Assembly: GCA_045222195.1 (NCBI GenBank)
Contig: JBGUXN010000028.1
Span: 41,045 to 105,044, forward strand
Length of the DNA stretch: 64,000 nt
DNA from: Bacilli bacterium
GTDB lineage: Bacteria > Bacillota_I > Bacilli_A > RFN20 > CAG-826
Direction of reading: 5' to 3'
In this document: positions 48,676-57,740 of the stretch, in pieces
Layout: each line of letters opens with the position of its first letter
Position numbering within the stretch: position 1 is the first letter of the stretch
Program-made: the position numbers and the translations under genes
Notes under the pieces: model-generated
What the model was told of the DNA's origin: nothing
What the model saw: the letters and a program-made list of their open reading frames with translations, nothing else
The model's database searches: none

Positions 48676-49664
48676 TCAATAGTGGCGACTGGTTTATTAC
48701 TTAAATCATATAATACACGATTTACACCCTTAACTTCACTCAAAATTCTATCTCTTATCTTTGCAAGTAAAGAATAAGGTATCTCTTCAATGCTCGCTGT
48801 AACGGCATCCACACTATTGATGGCACGAATCACAACCGGCCATTCAAATGTGCGTTTTCCATCTTTAATACCGGTAGATTTAATTGGTGGAACGATGGTG
48901 AAATATTGCCAAACGTGTTTGTCTAAACCCGCTTTAGCGAATTCTTCTCTTAAAATAGCATCAGATTCTCTGACAGCTTCTAATCTATCACGTGTAATTG
49001 CGCCTACACATCTCACACCTAAGCCTGGGCCCGGGAACGGTTGACGATAAACCATACTATGTGGTAAGCCTAAGGCTTCACCAACGCATCTAACTTCATC
49101 TTTATATAGTAATTTAACTGGTTCGACTAATTCAAAATTGAGTTCCGCTGGAAGACCACCAACGTTATGGTGAGCTTTGATACCTTTGCTTTCTAAAATG
49201 TCTGGATAAATAGTGCCTTGACCTAAAAAAGCAATACCGTCTAGCTTCTTTGCTTCTCTAGCGAAGACATCAATGAAGATTTTACCGATAATTTTTCTCT
49301 TTTGTTCTGGATCTTCAACACCCGCCAAGGCATCTAAGAATTCATCAACAGCGTCAACATAGATTAAATTGGCGCCTAATTGTTCTTTAAACACTTTAAT
49401 AACTTGTTCGCTTTCGCCTTTTCTTAAAAGGCCGTGATTAACGTGAACACATGTTAGATTATCACCAATGGCTTTGATCAATAATGCTGCGCATACTGAT
49501 GAGTCGACGCCTCCGGAAAGCGCTAATAGCACTTTTTTGTCTCCGACTTGTTCTTTGATTTCTTTGATTTGTTCTGCGATATAAGCGTCTGCTAATTCTT
49601 TAGAATTAATACGCTTCATATTTGGATCTCTAACATTTCCGTTCATATTTGCACCCCCTACCAA
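48666..49664 (-). CDS. guaA: GMP synthase ATP-pyrophosphatase subunit only (GuaA C-terminal half; no glutamine amidotransferase domain)
   Basis: PP-loop LLALSGGVDSSV and C-terminal dimerisation tail ...PVATIEWE. 332 aa versus ~515 for fused bacterial GuaA. Upstream gene is a P-loop kinase, not a GATase. Confidence 0.8.
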   Translation of the reverse strand: MVGGANMNGNVRDPNMKRINSKELADAYIAEQIKEIKEQVGDKKVLLALSGGVDSSVCAALLIKAIGDNLTCVHVNHGLLRKGESEQVIKVFKEQLGANLIYVDAVDEFLDALAGVEDPEQKRKIIGKIFIDVFAREAKKLDGIAFLGQGTIYPDILESKGIKAHHNVGGLPAELNFELVEPVKLLYKDEVRCVGEALGLPHSMVYRQPFPGPGLGVRCVGAITRDRLEAVRESDAILREEFAKAGLDKHVWQYFTIVPPIKSTGIKDGKRTFEWPVVIRAINSVDAVTASIEEIPYSLLAKIRDRILSEVKGVNRVLYDLSNKPVATIEWE

Positions 49665-50125
49665 CGAACTTCGTGTACTGTATCAAATAGTTTAATAACT
49701 TCTTCAGATGGTTCTTCCCATTTGTTAACTAGGATTTCTAGTTGATCATCAGGAACAATTGAACATTCTTTGCGTTGCTTGTTCCAATAACGGATTTCTT
49801 CAATGGTTCTTGGGAAGACCACTAATTCATATTTATCAAATTCAGGATTTTCTTTAACGTATTTTTCTCTTAAACAATTTAAATCGTTTAATGCATCAAG
49901 AATAACGGTCACATCATCATACTTCTTCGCGTATTCATGAATTCTTAAAGAAAAAAGCTCCCATACTTCTTTTTGTTTCGAAAAGTCTTGCATCTGACCG
50001 GTTATTTCATAGCGGATTTGGTCAGAAGAGACAATCAGAGTATGTGGATGCTCTTCTTGATATTTTATTGCCCAGGTAGATTTACCACTTCCAGGCATTG
50101 CAGATAAGATGATTAGCGTTTTCAT
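49658..50125 (-). CDS. small P-loop NTPase/kinase (AAA_33-like), unknown substrate
   Basis: Walker A MPGSGKST at N-terminus, 155 aa; 7-nt overlap with guaA-B. Confidence 0.6.
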   Translation of the reverse strand: MKTLIILSAMPGSGKSTWAIKYQEEHPHTLIVSSDQIRYEITGQMQDFSKQKEVWELFSLRIHEYAKKYDDVTVILDALNDLNCLREKYVKENPEFDKYELVVFPRTIEEIRYWNKQRKECSIVPDDQLEILVNKWEEPSEEVIKLFDTVHEVRW

Positions 50126-50139
50126 GACTTATTCTTGAA

Positions 50140-50199
50140 GGACTTTTCGAATAAATAAAAAAGTCCTATGCAATAATGATAAAATCACAAAGGACTTTT
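50140..50199 (-). promoter_or_regulatory. three-segment alternative hairpin element (AAAAGUCCU / AGGACUUUU / AAAAGUCCU) between NTase and kinase genes
   Basis: On the minus-strand RNA, segments 1+2 form a 9-bp hairpin followed by UUAUUUAUU, which reads as a terminator for the upstream gene. Segments 2+3 form an alternative 9-bp hairpin ending 14 nt before the kinase ATG. Confidence 0.4.
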
Positions 50200-50226
50200 A
50201 TAAAGTAAAATTTAAATTTTTTTATT

Positions 50227-51126
50227 TTAATAAAGAGTTGGTTTATAAACACCCTTAGCAACGAGTTCTTTTAAGGCTTTGACCACGCCTGGTTTATCTT
50301 CTTTATAAGTGACACCGAACCACACTGATGGGGTGGATAATAAACGCACGGTGGCCTTATTTTCGTGAACAAGTTCATCCACCACTGTTGGAATTAAGAA
50401 CTCAGATTTAGGAACATTAATATTATCTTTTAACCAAATTGGGAATTTTTCTTTAAGTTCATCGATAAGATCTTTGTTGAAACAGAAGAGGTTCATAGAC
50501 ACCAGTTGTTCTGGTTTAACTTCAAAATATGGGGAGCCTTCTAATGGTTCACAAGCAATCATGTCACCTTTTTTATAAATTGAAGATTCAATTAGCTTTG
50601 CTAAGTTGCCTTTTTCATCTTCGAAGGTCACACCTCTTTTAACCGCGCCGTTTTCGGTCATAGTATTTCTAGCTTCAAATGCGACAATAGCGTATTTACC
50701 TTTACTGTTAACAGGTAATGATTTTAAGTAGTTATACGCTACTTCGTATGTTTCTTTGCCATAGAAGTCATCACCATTAATGACGATAAAGTCTTCCTTG
50801 ATTAAGTCACGTGCCGCGTAAATAGCATGTGCGGTGCCCCATGGTTTTTCTCTACCTTCTGGGCATTTAAAGCCTTCCGGCAAGTCGTTTAAATCTTGGA
50901 AAGCATATTCGACTTTAATGATTTTTTCCGCCCTTTTACCGATGGTGTTTTTAAAATCTTCATAGAAATCTTTCTTGATGATGAAAACCACACTATCAAA
51001 ACCAGCGCGTTTTGCATCATAGATGGAATAATCTAATAAGAAATGATTATATTCATCCATTGGTTCCATTTGTTTAAGCCCGCCAAAGCGGCTGCCCATA
51101 CCAGCGGCCATAATAACTAATTGCAT
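50227..51126 (-). CDS. sugar-phosphate nucleotidyltransferase-family protein
   Basis: N-terminal MQLVIMAAGMGSRFG nucleotide-binding loop, PWGTAHAI; 299 aa, no hexapeptide repeats. Confidence 0.6.
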   Translation of the reverse strand: MQLVIMAAGMGSRFGGLKQMEPMDEYNHFLLDYSIYDAKRAGFDSVVFIIKKDFYEDFKNTIGKRAEKIIKVEYAFQDLNDLPEGFKCPEGREKPWGTAHAIYAARDLIKEDFIVINGDDFYGKETYEVAYNYLKSLPVNSKGKYAIVAFEARNTMTENGAVKRGVTFEDEKGNLAKLIESSIYKKGDMIACEPLEGSPYFEVKPEQLVSMNLFCFNKDLIDELKEKFPIWLKDNINVPKSEFLIPTVVDELVHENKATVRLLSTPSVWFGVTYKEDKPGVVKALKELVAKGVYKPTLY

Positions 51127-51141
51127 AACAATTTCTCCTTT

Positions 51142-52086
51142 TTATTCAAAGAATAAAGCAGCAGCACCAATCTTGCCAGAATCGTATCCTAATTCAGCAG
51201 GAACGACTTTGACTTCAGGTGTTGATTTATATCCATAATTTCTTTCTTTAATGTAATTGTTAAGTCTGCTGAATAAGAATTCGCCAGCGTTTGCTACACC
51301 ACCAGAAAGAACGATAACGTTTGGTCTAAAGATGTTACAGTAATTCAAAATACCTTCACCAAGATATTTGACATAGTCATCTAATACTTTTATCGCTGCG
51401 GCATCGCCTTGTTTCGCTGCTTCAAATGGTAACTTGCCATTTACTAATTCAATATCAGGCGAGATTTTCCACATTAAAGATCTCTTGTTTAAGCGCATAG
51501 CTTTTTTGGTTTCTCTAATCAACGCAGATGCAGATGCATAGGCTTCTAAACAGCCTTTTCTACCACATGTGCATGGTTCGCCGTCCACAACAATAACAGT
51601 ATGGCCGAGTTCGCCACCCTTGCCTTCGTTGCCTTCAAATAATTTACCGTTGATGATAATTCCACCACCGACGCCGGTACCCAAAGTGAGCATGATAATA
51701 GTTTCATATGATTTGCCGGCACCGTATTTAGCTTCACCCAAGCACGCCGCATTGGCATCATTTGTTAATCTCACAGGATACGGAAGCACTTCTTGCATAA
51801 GTTTTGCGACAGGAAGTTCATTCCATCCGAGGTTGTTTGCATAGTTAACAATGCCGTTTTTGACATCTAAACTACCTGGACTACCTATGCCAATACCAGC
51901 AATTTTGCCTTCTAAACCATTAGCGGCGATATATTCTTTTACAATTTCAGCTAATTTACGAATGGTAACTTCTCCAGGTTCACCTTTGACAAAAGGCATA
52001 GAGAATTTCTCGTATACACGACCATTGCTATCAACAGCCGCACCTTTAATAGACATACCACCAATATCAATACCGATAGCAATCAT
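51142..52086 (-). CDS. glcK: ROK-family glucokinase
   Basis: N-terminal IGIDIGG; Cys/His zinc motif CTCGRKGCLE; 314 aa. Confidence 0.8.
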   Translation of the reverse strand: MIAIGIDIGGMSIKGAAVDSNGRVYEKFSMPFVKGEPGEVTIRKLAEIVKEYIAANGLEGKIAGIGIGSPGSLDVKNGIVNYANNLGWNELPVAKLMQEVLPYPVRLTNDANAACLGEAKYGAGKSYETIIMLTLGTGVGGGIIINGKLFEGNEGKGGELGHTVIVVDGEPCTCGRKGCLEAYASASALIRETKKAMRLNKRSLMWKISPDIELVNGKLPFEAAKQGDAAAIKVLDDYVKYLGEGILNYCNIFRPNVIVLSGGVANAGEFLFSRLNNYIKERNYGYKSTPEVKVVPAELGYDSGKIGAAALFFE

Positions 52087-52097
52087 GAAATTTCCTC

Positions 52098-52343
52098 CTA
52101 CATGCTGAGACTATAGAAAACAAAGTTGTTGTCGTTATCAATATAGCCAACTTCTTTTCCTTTGATGATGATGTAGCCATCTTCATCGACGTAACCAATC
52201 TTTTGTTGGTTGTAAGAAATGATTCCGTCTGGTGTGATGTCGGCAAATTTTTGGCGGTTAATGAAAATACCTTCACGATCGATGTAACCAATCATTTGTT
52301 TTCCGACGAAAATATTTTTGCCAAAACTTTCAACGATTTGCAT
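52098..52343 (-). CDS. 81-aa protein made of three WG/KWG-type repeats (IGYIDREGIFI / IGYVDEDGYIII / VGYIDNDNNFVF)
   Basis: Internal periodicity (x)GY(I/V)DxxGxxI every ~20 aa; sits tightly between the glmU-like gene and glcK. Confidence 0.45.
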   Translation of the reverse strand: MQIVESFGKNIFVGKQMIGYIDREGIFINRQKFADITPDGIISYNQQKIGYVDEDGYIIIKGKEVGYIDNDNNFVFYSLSM

Positions 52344-52345
52344 GC

Positions 52346-53392
52346 TTATTTACCGTGTTTTTCCACAAAAGGACCGACTTTTGCAGCGTTTTCGATCTTC
52401 ACATCAGATAAATCAGCGAACAAAACTTCACTATCATTACCTACTTCAACGTTGTTCAAATTGACATTTGGACCAATAGTACAAGCTTCACCAATTACGG
52501 ATTTTCCTAAGATTGTTGTATTTGGTTTGATAACTGTGTCTTGACCAATTTGAACGTCAGGCGAAATATATGTGGAATCAATGTCGTCAATAGAGACGCC
52601 AGAAAGCATTAATCTTTGATTAACGCGTCTTCTCATAATCTTTGTTGCATATTCAAGCTGAATTCTGTTGTTGATGGAATAGACTTCCTTCATTTCTTCG
52701 GCCACGAAAACGCCAACATGATAATTATCGTTGATTAAGAGTTCAACTAATTCGGATAAATAGAATAAGTGACGACTATTATCAACAGATAATCTTTCAA
52801 TGTATTTGAATAATAATTCGTTATCGATAATGCAGATACCTGTATTAACTTCGTTAATTTCATATTCATGGAATGTGCAGTCGCTTTCTTCTCTGATTGC
52901 CAAGATACGATTACTCTTATCTTCTCTAAGAATACGGCCGTAGCCTTTTGGGTTATCTAAAACCGCTGAAACAACAGTCATGTCATATCTGTTTTTCTCG
53001 TGAATATGGAAAATAGAGCGGAGGGTATCTGTTTCTACTAATGGAGTATCACCATAAATAACTAATGTCTGGCCTGTTTTACCATCTAAATATGGTTTTG
53101 CTTGTAAAACAGCGTGGCCTGTACCTAATAATCTCTTTTGCCAAACAACTTCAGATTCATTTTCGACGAGCTTTGTTGTCAATTCACCGCCGAAACCGAC
53201 GACTGTGACGATTTGTTTTGGATCAAGAGGTTTGACAGCATCAATAACATAGTTAATGATTGGTTTGCCTAACATTGGATAGGAAACTTTTGAGTGTTCC
53301 GGGTCACGTGAATTCATGCCGGTACCTTTACCAGCGGCCAAAATGACTACATATTTATCCATAAATACTCCTTTACTTGAGAACTCTAGCAA
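52346..53392 (-). CDS. GlmU-like N-acetylglucosamine-1-P uridyltransferase homolog with truncated left-handed beta-helix (acetyltransferase region incomplete)
   Basis: MDKYVVILAAGKGTGMNS (cf. GlmU LAAGKGTRM; Arg replaced by Gly), then ~85 aa of hexapeptide repeats and the protein ends; ~338-348 aa vs ~455 for GlmU; sits at the syntenic glmU position after ispE. Confidence 0.6.
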   Translation of the reverse strand: MLEFSSKGVFMDKYVVILAAGKGTGMNSRDPEHSKVSYPMLGKPIINYVIDAVKPLDPKQIVTVVGFGGELTTKLVENESEVVWQKRLLGTGHAVLQAKPYLDGKTGQTLVIYGDTPLVETDTLRSIFHIHEKNRYDMTVVSAVLDNPKGYGRILREDKSNRILAIREESDCTFHEYEINEVNTGICIIDNELLFKYIERLSVDNSRHLFYLSELVELLINDNYHVGVFVAEEMKEVYSINNRIQLEYATKIMRRRVNQRLMLSGVSIDDIDSTYISPDVQIGQDTVIKPNTTILGKSVIGEACTIGPNVNLNNVEVGNDSEVLFADLSDVKIENAAKVGPFVEKHGK

Positions 53393-54227
53393 GTTCTACT
53401 TCATATTTATCTTCAAGTTTTTTCAAAACTTTCTTTAACAAATTCTTATCTGTACTTAAAGCAAAGACTGCGGAACCAGATCCGGTTACTTGAACAATTT
53501 TTAAGCCATTTTCTTTTAACTCATCAATGATGGTTTGAATTGTTGGCACCAATTGAATGGCTGGGTCTTGTAAAGAATTAGAGATGTGTTCCGCTAAATA
53601 GTCGTCATCCCCTTCTTCCAAGGCTTTAACAATACCGTCTACATCACAAATCTTTAAATTCATTGAATCAGCAGCGGCAAAAATATCCTTTGTAGAACAG
53701 CCGGCTTCAGGCTTAACAATAAGCACGTAATAGTTGTTTTTAACAGTGACAGGTGTCAATTTTTCGCCAATTCCTTGGCTTCTAGCTGGCTTGCATTTGA
53801 TAAAGAATGGAATATCAGCACCCAACGGTTTGCTTAATTGTTCTAATTCTTCATCGGTGGCACCCAATTTAAGGATGGAATTAACGGCTTTCATAGTAAA
53901 AGCGGCATTAGAAGAACCACCACCTAGACCGGCTTGAATAGGAATGACTTTATGAATAAGGATTCTGAATTTGTCTTTGAATCCATATTTAGCTTGTAAT
54001 TTATCAATGGAGAACGTTGCTAAGTTATAGTTGAATGTGCCAATAGAAAAATCATCAACAGTAACATAGTTATCTGGGGCACTAGTTAATTTGGAGATAA
54101 CTAAAGAATCATGAAGGCTGATTGGAAGCATAATTCCATCAAGTTCATGGAAGCCGTCTTCTCTTTTTTTAACAACGTTTAAACAAAGATTAATCTTAGC
54201 AAAACTACGAATGTGTAAATTTCTCAT
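53373..54227 (-). CDS. ispE: 4-(cytidine 5'-diphospho)-2-C-methyl-D-erythritol kinase
   Basis: GHMP kinase motif PIQAGLGGGSSNAA; 284 aa. Confidence 0.85.
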   Translation of the reverse strand: MRNLHIRSFAKINLCLNVVKKREDGFHELDGIMLPISLHDSLVISKLTSAPDNYVTVDDFSIGTFNYNLATFSIDKLQAKYGFKDKFRILIHKVIPIQAGLGGGSSNAAFTMKAVNSILKLGATDEELEQLSKPLGADIPFFIKCKPARSQGIGEKLTPVTVKNNYYVLIVKPEAGCSTKDIFAAADSMNLKICDVDGIVKALEEGDDDYLAEHISNSLQDPAIQLVPTIQTIIDELKENGLKIVQVTGSGSAVFALSTDKNLLKKVLKKLEDKYEVELARVLK

Positions 54228-54275
54228 ATGCTTAATATTATAATACCACGTTTCTAAAATACTTTTAGTGGGTAA

Positions 54276-55109
54276 TTATTTAACACTCTTAAGATATTCA
54301 GAAATACGTAGATAGGTATCTGGCGCGATTTGTTCTGGTCTTAAAAGAGGATCAATATTTAAATCAGCGCAAACCTTATTAACCAACTCTTTATCTTTAA
54401 GATAATTTAGCAAATTGTTAGAGATTGTTTTTCTTCTATTAACGAATAATTGCTTGGCCACTTTAAATACTCTAATAGCCGCTTCTCTATCAGCGGAAGG
54501 ATTAACATTGATAGCGAAAACAGAGGAGCTGCATTTAGGAGCCGGGTAAAAAGAGCCAGCCTTGACTGTAAATAACTTTTCAATATTCCCCAAGAGATGA
54601 ATAAGGACGGATGTCGGTCCATATTCTTTGCCACTGACGTCATAGAAATGAGCAAGAGTCTCGCTTTGAATCATGAAAACCATTCTCGTTGCGGATTTAG
54701 CGTTGAGCAAGAAATATTGAATGGTTTCGGTTGTAATATTGTAGGGTAAATTACCAATAATTTTTGTATATTCATAAACATCGGTTTTGCGGATGTCGTT
54801 TTCAACAACGCTGATGTTTGGATTGTCTTTATAAACAATTCTTAAAAAATTAACCATTCTAGGATCGATGTCCACTACTGTAGATTCATTATTATATAAG
54901 GATAAGTAATGTGTTAATGATCCAAGTCCTGGTCCGACTTCAATGACTTTGTCATTGTCATTTAAATTTAATGCATTAACTATACGTTCACATATTTGTG
55001 GTTCCACTAAAAAGTTTTGGCCATAATCTTTATCTGGTTTAAGGTCTGCTTTATTAGCGATTTCAAAAACGTTCGAACGATTAATTTCCATGTTTATATT
55101 CTTCCACAA
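54276..55109 (-). CDS. rsmA: 16S rRNA (adenine1518/1519-N6)-dimethyltransferase
   Basis: KDYGQNFLVEP..., SAM motif VIEVGPGLGSLT. Confidence 0.9.
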   Translation of the reverse strand: MWKNINMEINRSNVFEIANKADLKPDKDYGQNFLVEPQICERIVNALNLNDNDKVIEVGPGLGSLTHYLSLYNNESTVVDIDPRMVNFLRIVYKDNPNISVVENDIRKTDVYEYTKIIGNLPYNITTETIQYFLLNAKSATRMVFMIQSETLAHFYDVSGKEYGPTSVLIHLLGNIEKLFTVKAGSFYPAPKCSSSVFAINVNPSADREAAIRVFKVAKQLFVNRRKTISNNLLNYLKDKELVNKVCADLNIDPLLRPEQIAPDTYLRISEYLKSVK

Positions 55110-55614
55110 CTTGAGTGAGTTGTTCTATAGATATGTTGTTGGCATTGAGACGTTTGTATAAAGCTTTACCATTGCATTTGCCTAGATTCAGTTTTCGACA
55201 AACGAAATTTCTAAGTGCACTATCACCATTTATCAAACCCGATTCAAATAGATCTGATTTTTGAATTCGCTGGAGTTTTGCGGGGTTTTTTACAGAATAA
55301 GTCTGCAATTTTGCCACTATTTCTTCTATAGAACATTCCGCTACACCGTTTTTAATACCTCTTACACATTTGGTGATATCAATCTCGACATTAATAACAT
55401 CATCTAATTTGGTGTTTAAAGTTTTTCTAATTTTTTGACCAGCTTCATCTGGATCCAATAAGGCTATAACTCTTTTCCCACTGAGATATTTTATTGTTTC
55501 ATCAGCCATTTCAAAACCATTGACCACTACAATTTCGGAGTCGATGTAGTTAGAAAGATAGGAAGCATCCTCTTTTCCTTCCACAACCAAAATACCATCT
55601 AGATGCAATTTCAT
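55081..55614 (-). CDS. rnmV: ribonuclease M5 (Toprim)
   Basis: Toprim N-terminus ILVVEGKEDASYL...ALLDPDEAGQKIR; 177 aa. Confidence 0.8.
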   Translation of the reverse strand: MKLHLDGILVVEGKEDASYLSNYIDSEIVVVNGFEMADETIKYLSGKRVIALLDPDEAGQKIRKTLNTKLDDVINVEIDITKCVRGIKNGVAECSIEEIVAKLQTYSVKNPAKLQRIQKSDLFESGLINGDSALRNFVCRKLNLGKCNGKALYKRLNANNISIEQLTQVVEEYKHGN

Positions 55615-56381
55615 AAGTTAAAAAGAGCACAGGAGTTAGCGTATAAAACATCTAATAGGTGCTTTTTCGACATTTGACGCGCATCAGCAATGGCGTCAAC
55701 AATTAAAGATAAATTGGCTGGTTCGTTAACTGTTCCTCTTAATGGATGCGGTGATAAATAAGGGCAATCAGTTTCAACAACGAGTTTTTCAAGTGGAACT
55801 TCGGCCGCAACTTCTTTAGGAGTTTTGGCATTTGTAAACGTCACCGGACCATCGAGTCCAATATATAAATTGAGGTTAATTATCTCTTGAATGTTTTCTA
55901 CACTTCCAGAGTAGCAATGCATGACACCGCTATGCTTTGGAGGATACTGTTTTAGGATTTCTAATGTATCAGCAAAAGCTTCACGACTATGGATTGAGAT
56001 CGGAAGACCTACTTCATTAGCATATTTTATCTGCTTAATAAAGAATTCTTTTTGAATTTCTCTCTTGTCGAGGTCTTTTGTCCAATGATAATCGAGTCCA
56101 ATTTCACCAATACCGACTACTTTTGGATGTTTGTACAAATTTAGTGTCTTATAAAGCACTTCATCATCAATATCGAAGACGTTTTCCGGGTGGAAACCGA
56201 TAGCTGCATAGATAAATTCATATTGTTCGGCGATTTTAATGGCGAGTTTAGAACTAGCTTCATCCCAGCCAACAACCACCATTTTTTCTACACCTGCCTG
56301 TCTTGCACGAGAAACAACGTTATCTAGGTCTTTATATAACGCTTCATCATTTAAGTGGCAGTGTGTATCAATTATTTTCAT
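55611..56381 (-). CDS. tatD: TatD-family metal-dependent DNase
   Basis: IIDTHCHLN start, 256 aa TatD fold. Confidence 0.85.
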   Translation of the reverse strand: MKIIDTHCHLNDEALYKDLDNVVSRARQAGVEKMVVVGWDEASSKLAIKIAEQYEFIYAAIGFHPENVFDIDDEVLYKTLNLYKHPKVVGIGEIGLDYHWTKDLDKREIQKEFFIKQIKYANEVGLPISIHSREAFADTLEILKQYPPKHSGVMHCYSGSVENIQEIINLNLYIGLDGPVTFTNAKTPKEVAAEVPLEKLVVETDCPYLSPHPLRGTVNEPANLSLIVDAIADARQMSKKHLLDVLYANSCALFNL

Positions 56382-57703
56382 TATTTTCCTACACAGAAAC
56401 GGGCAAAAATCTCTTTGGAAAGATCGATTTGATTGGCTTCGCCCAATATTTCTAAAATTGAAGTATATGCATCGAATAGAGATGTAGCGATTAAATCAAC
56501 CGTTAAGTCATTTAAGGCATCTTCTTTAGCCTTTAATAAAGATTCTTTAGCTTTGCTAAGTAAACCTAGTTGTCTTGTGTTATTTAAAGCTGGTTTAGAG
56601 AAGACTTTTTCATCAATCCCTATTCTTTCTTTGATTACATTAATAAGTGGCTGTATTTGGCTATTTAAAGCGGAAATAGATAACTTATCAGATTGTTTGC
56701 TATTATCATCTTTGTTGTAAACAACAATTGGATTATATTCCTTTGTGTATTCTAAGATTTGTTGATCTTCTTCATCTAAATCAGAAGAACTATCTAAAAC
56801 AACGACTACGATATCAGCTTCTTTGATTGTTTTCTTGGATTTTTCAATACCTATAGCCTCTATTTTGTCTTCTGAATCGCGGATACCAGCTGTATCAAAG
56901 AGGTGTAAAACAACACCATCGATATTGGCGTTGCCTTCCACAACATCACGTGTGGTACCCGCTATTTCGGTAACAATAGCCCTATCTTCACCCAAAAAAG
57001 CGTTGAGAAGTGATGATTTACCAACGTTTGGTTTACCAACAAGGGCAACCTTAACACCTTCATTGATAATTTTGGCTTTTTGGCCATCATCTACCAATGT
57101 ATTGATTTGAGGAATCAATTCATCAACAATAGCGATGATCTTATCTTTATTAGCGACCTCAATATCTTCATATTCTGGATAATCAATATTAACTTCTATC
57201 AAAGATAGAATATCTGCGATTTTTGTTTTAATTGGTCTAATTAAATCACTGGTTTTACCATCTAAAGATAAAAGGTTTAAATTCTTAGCTTCTTTAGTGG
57301 TGGCGTTAATGACATCATTAATAGCCTCGGCTTGCACTAAATCTATCTTATTATGCATATAGGCACGCGAAGAGAATTCGCCATTTGTAGCCATTCTTGC
57401 GCCATTTTTAATACACGTCTCAATTATTTGTTTGTAAATAAGCGGGGAACCATGGCATATGATTTCAACAGAATCTTCACCAGTAAATGATTTAGGTCCC
57501 TTGTACGCTAACAAGACCACATCGTCAATCTTTTCCTCTCCATCAACGATATGACCGTAAAGAATTGTTTTTTCAGAAATATCTCTTAAATCCTTAGAGA
57601 AACATTTGGAGACCACTTCGAAAACATCATCACCAGATAATCTAACGATTCCTAGTGCTGACTTAAGTGGTGGTGTAGCTAAGGCGACTATTGTTTCAAA
57701 CAT
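56381..57703 (-). CDS. mnmE: tRNA modification GTPase MnmE
   Basis: G-domain GKPNVGKSSLLNAFLG, DTAGIR, C-terminal CVGK. Confidence 0.9.
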   Translation of the reverse strand: MFETIVALATPPLKSALGIVRLSGDDVFEVVSKCFSKDLRDISEKTILYGHIVDGEEKIDDVVLLAYKGPKSFTGEDSVEIICHGSPLIYKQIIETCIKNGARMATNGEFSSRAYMHNKIDLVQAEAINDVINATTKEAKNLNLLSLDGKTSDLIRPIKTKIADILSLIEVNIDYPEYEDIEVANKDKIIAIVDELIPQINTLVDDGQKAKIINEGVKVALVGKPNVGKSSLLNAFLGEDRAIVTEIAGTTRDVVEGNANIDGVVLHLFDTAGIRDSEDKIEAIGIEKSKKTIKEADIVVVVLDSSSDLDEEDQQILEYTKEYNPIVVYNKDDNSKQSDKLSISALNSQIQPLINVIKERIGIDEKVFSKPALNNTRQLGLLSKAKESLLKAKEDALNDLTVDLIATSLFDAYTSILEILGEANQIDLSKEIFARFCVGK

Positions 57704-57740
57704 AAAGGGATATTTCTAAAAAACACCCAAAGGGTGTCTT

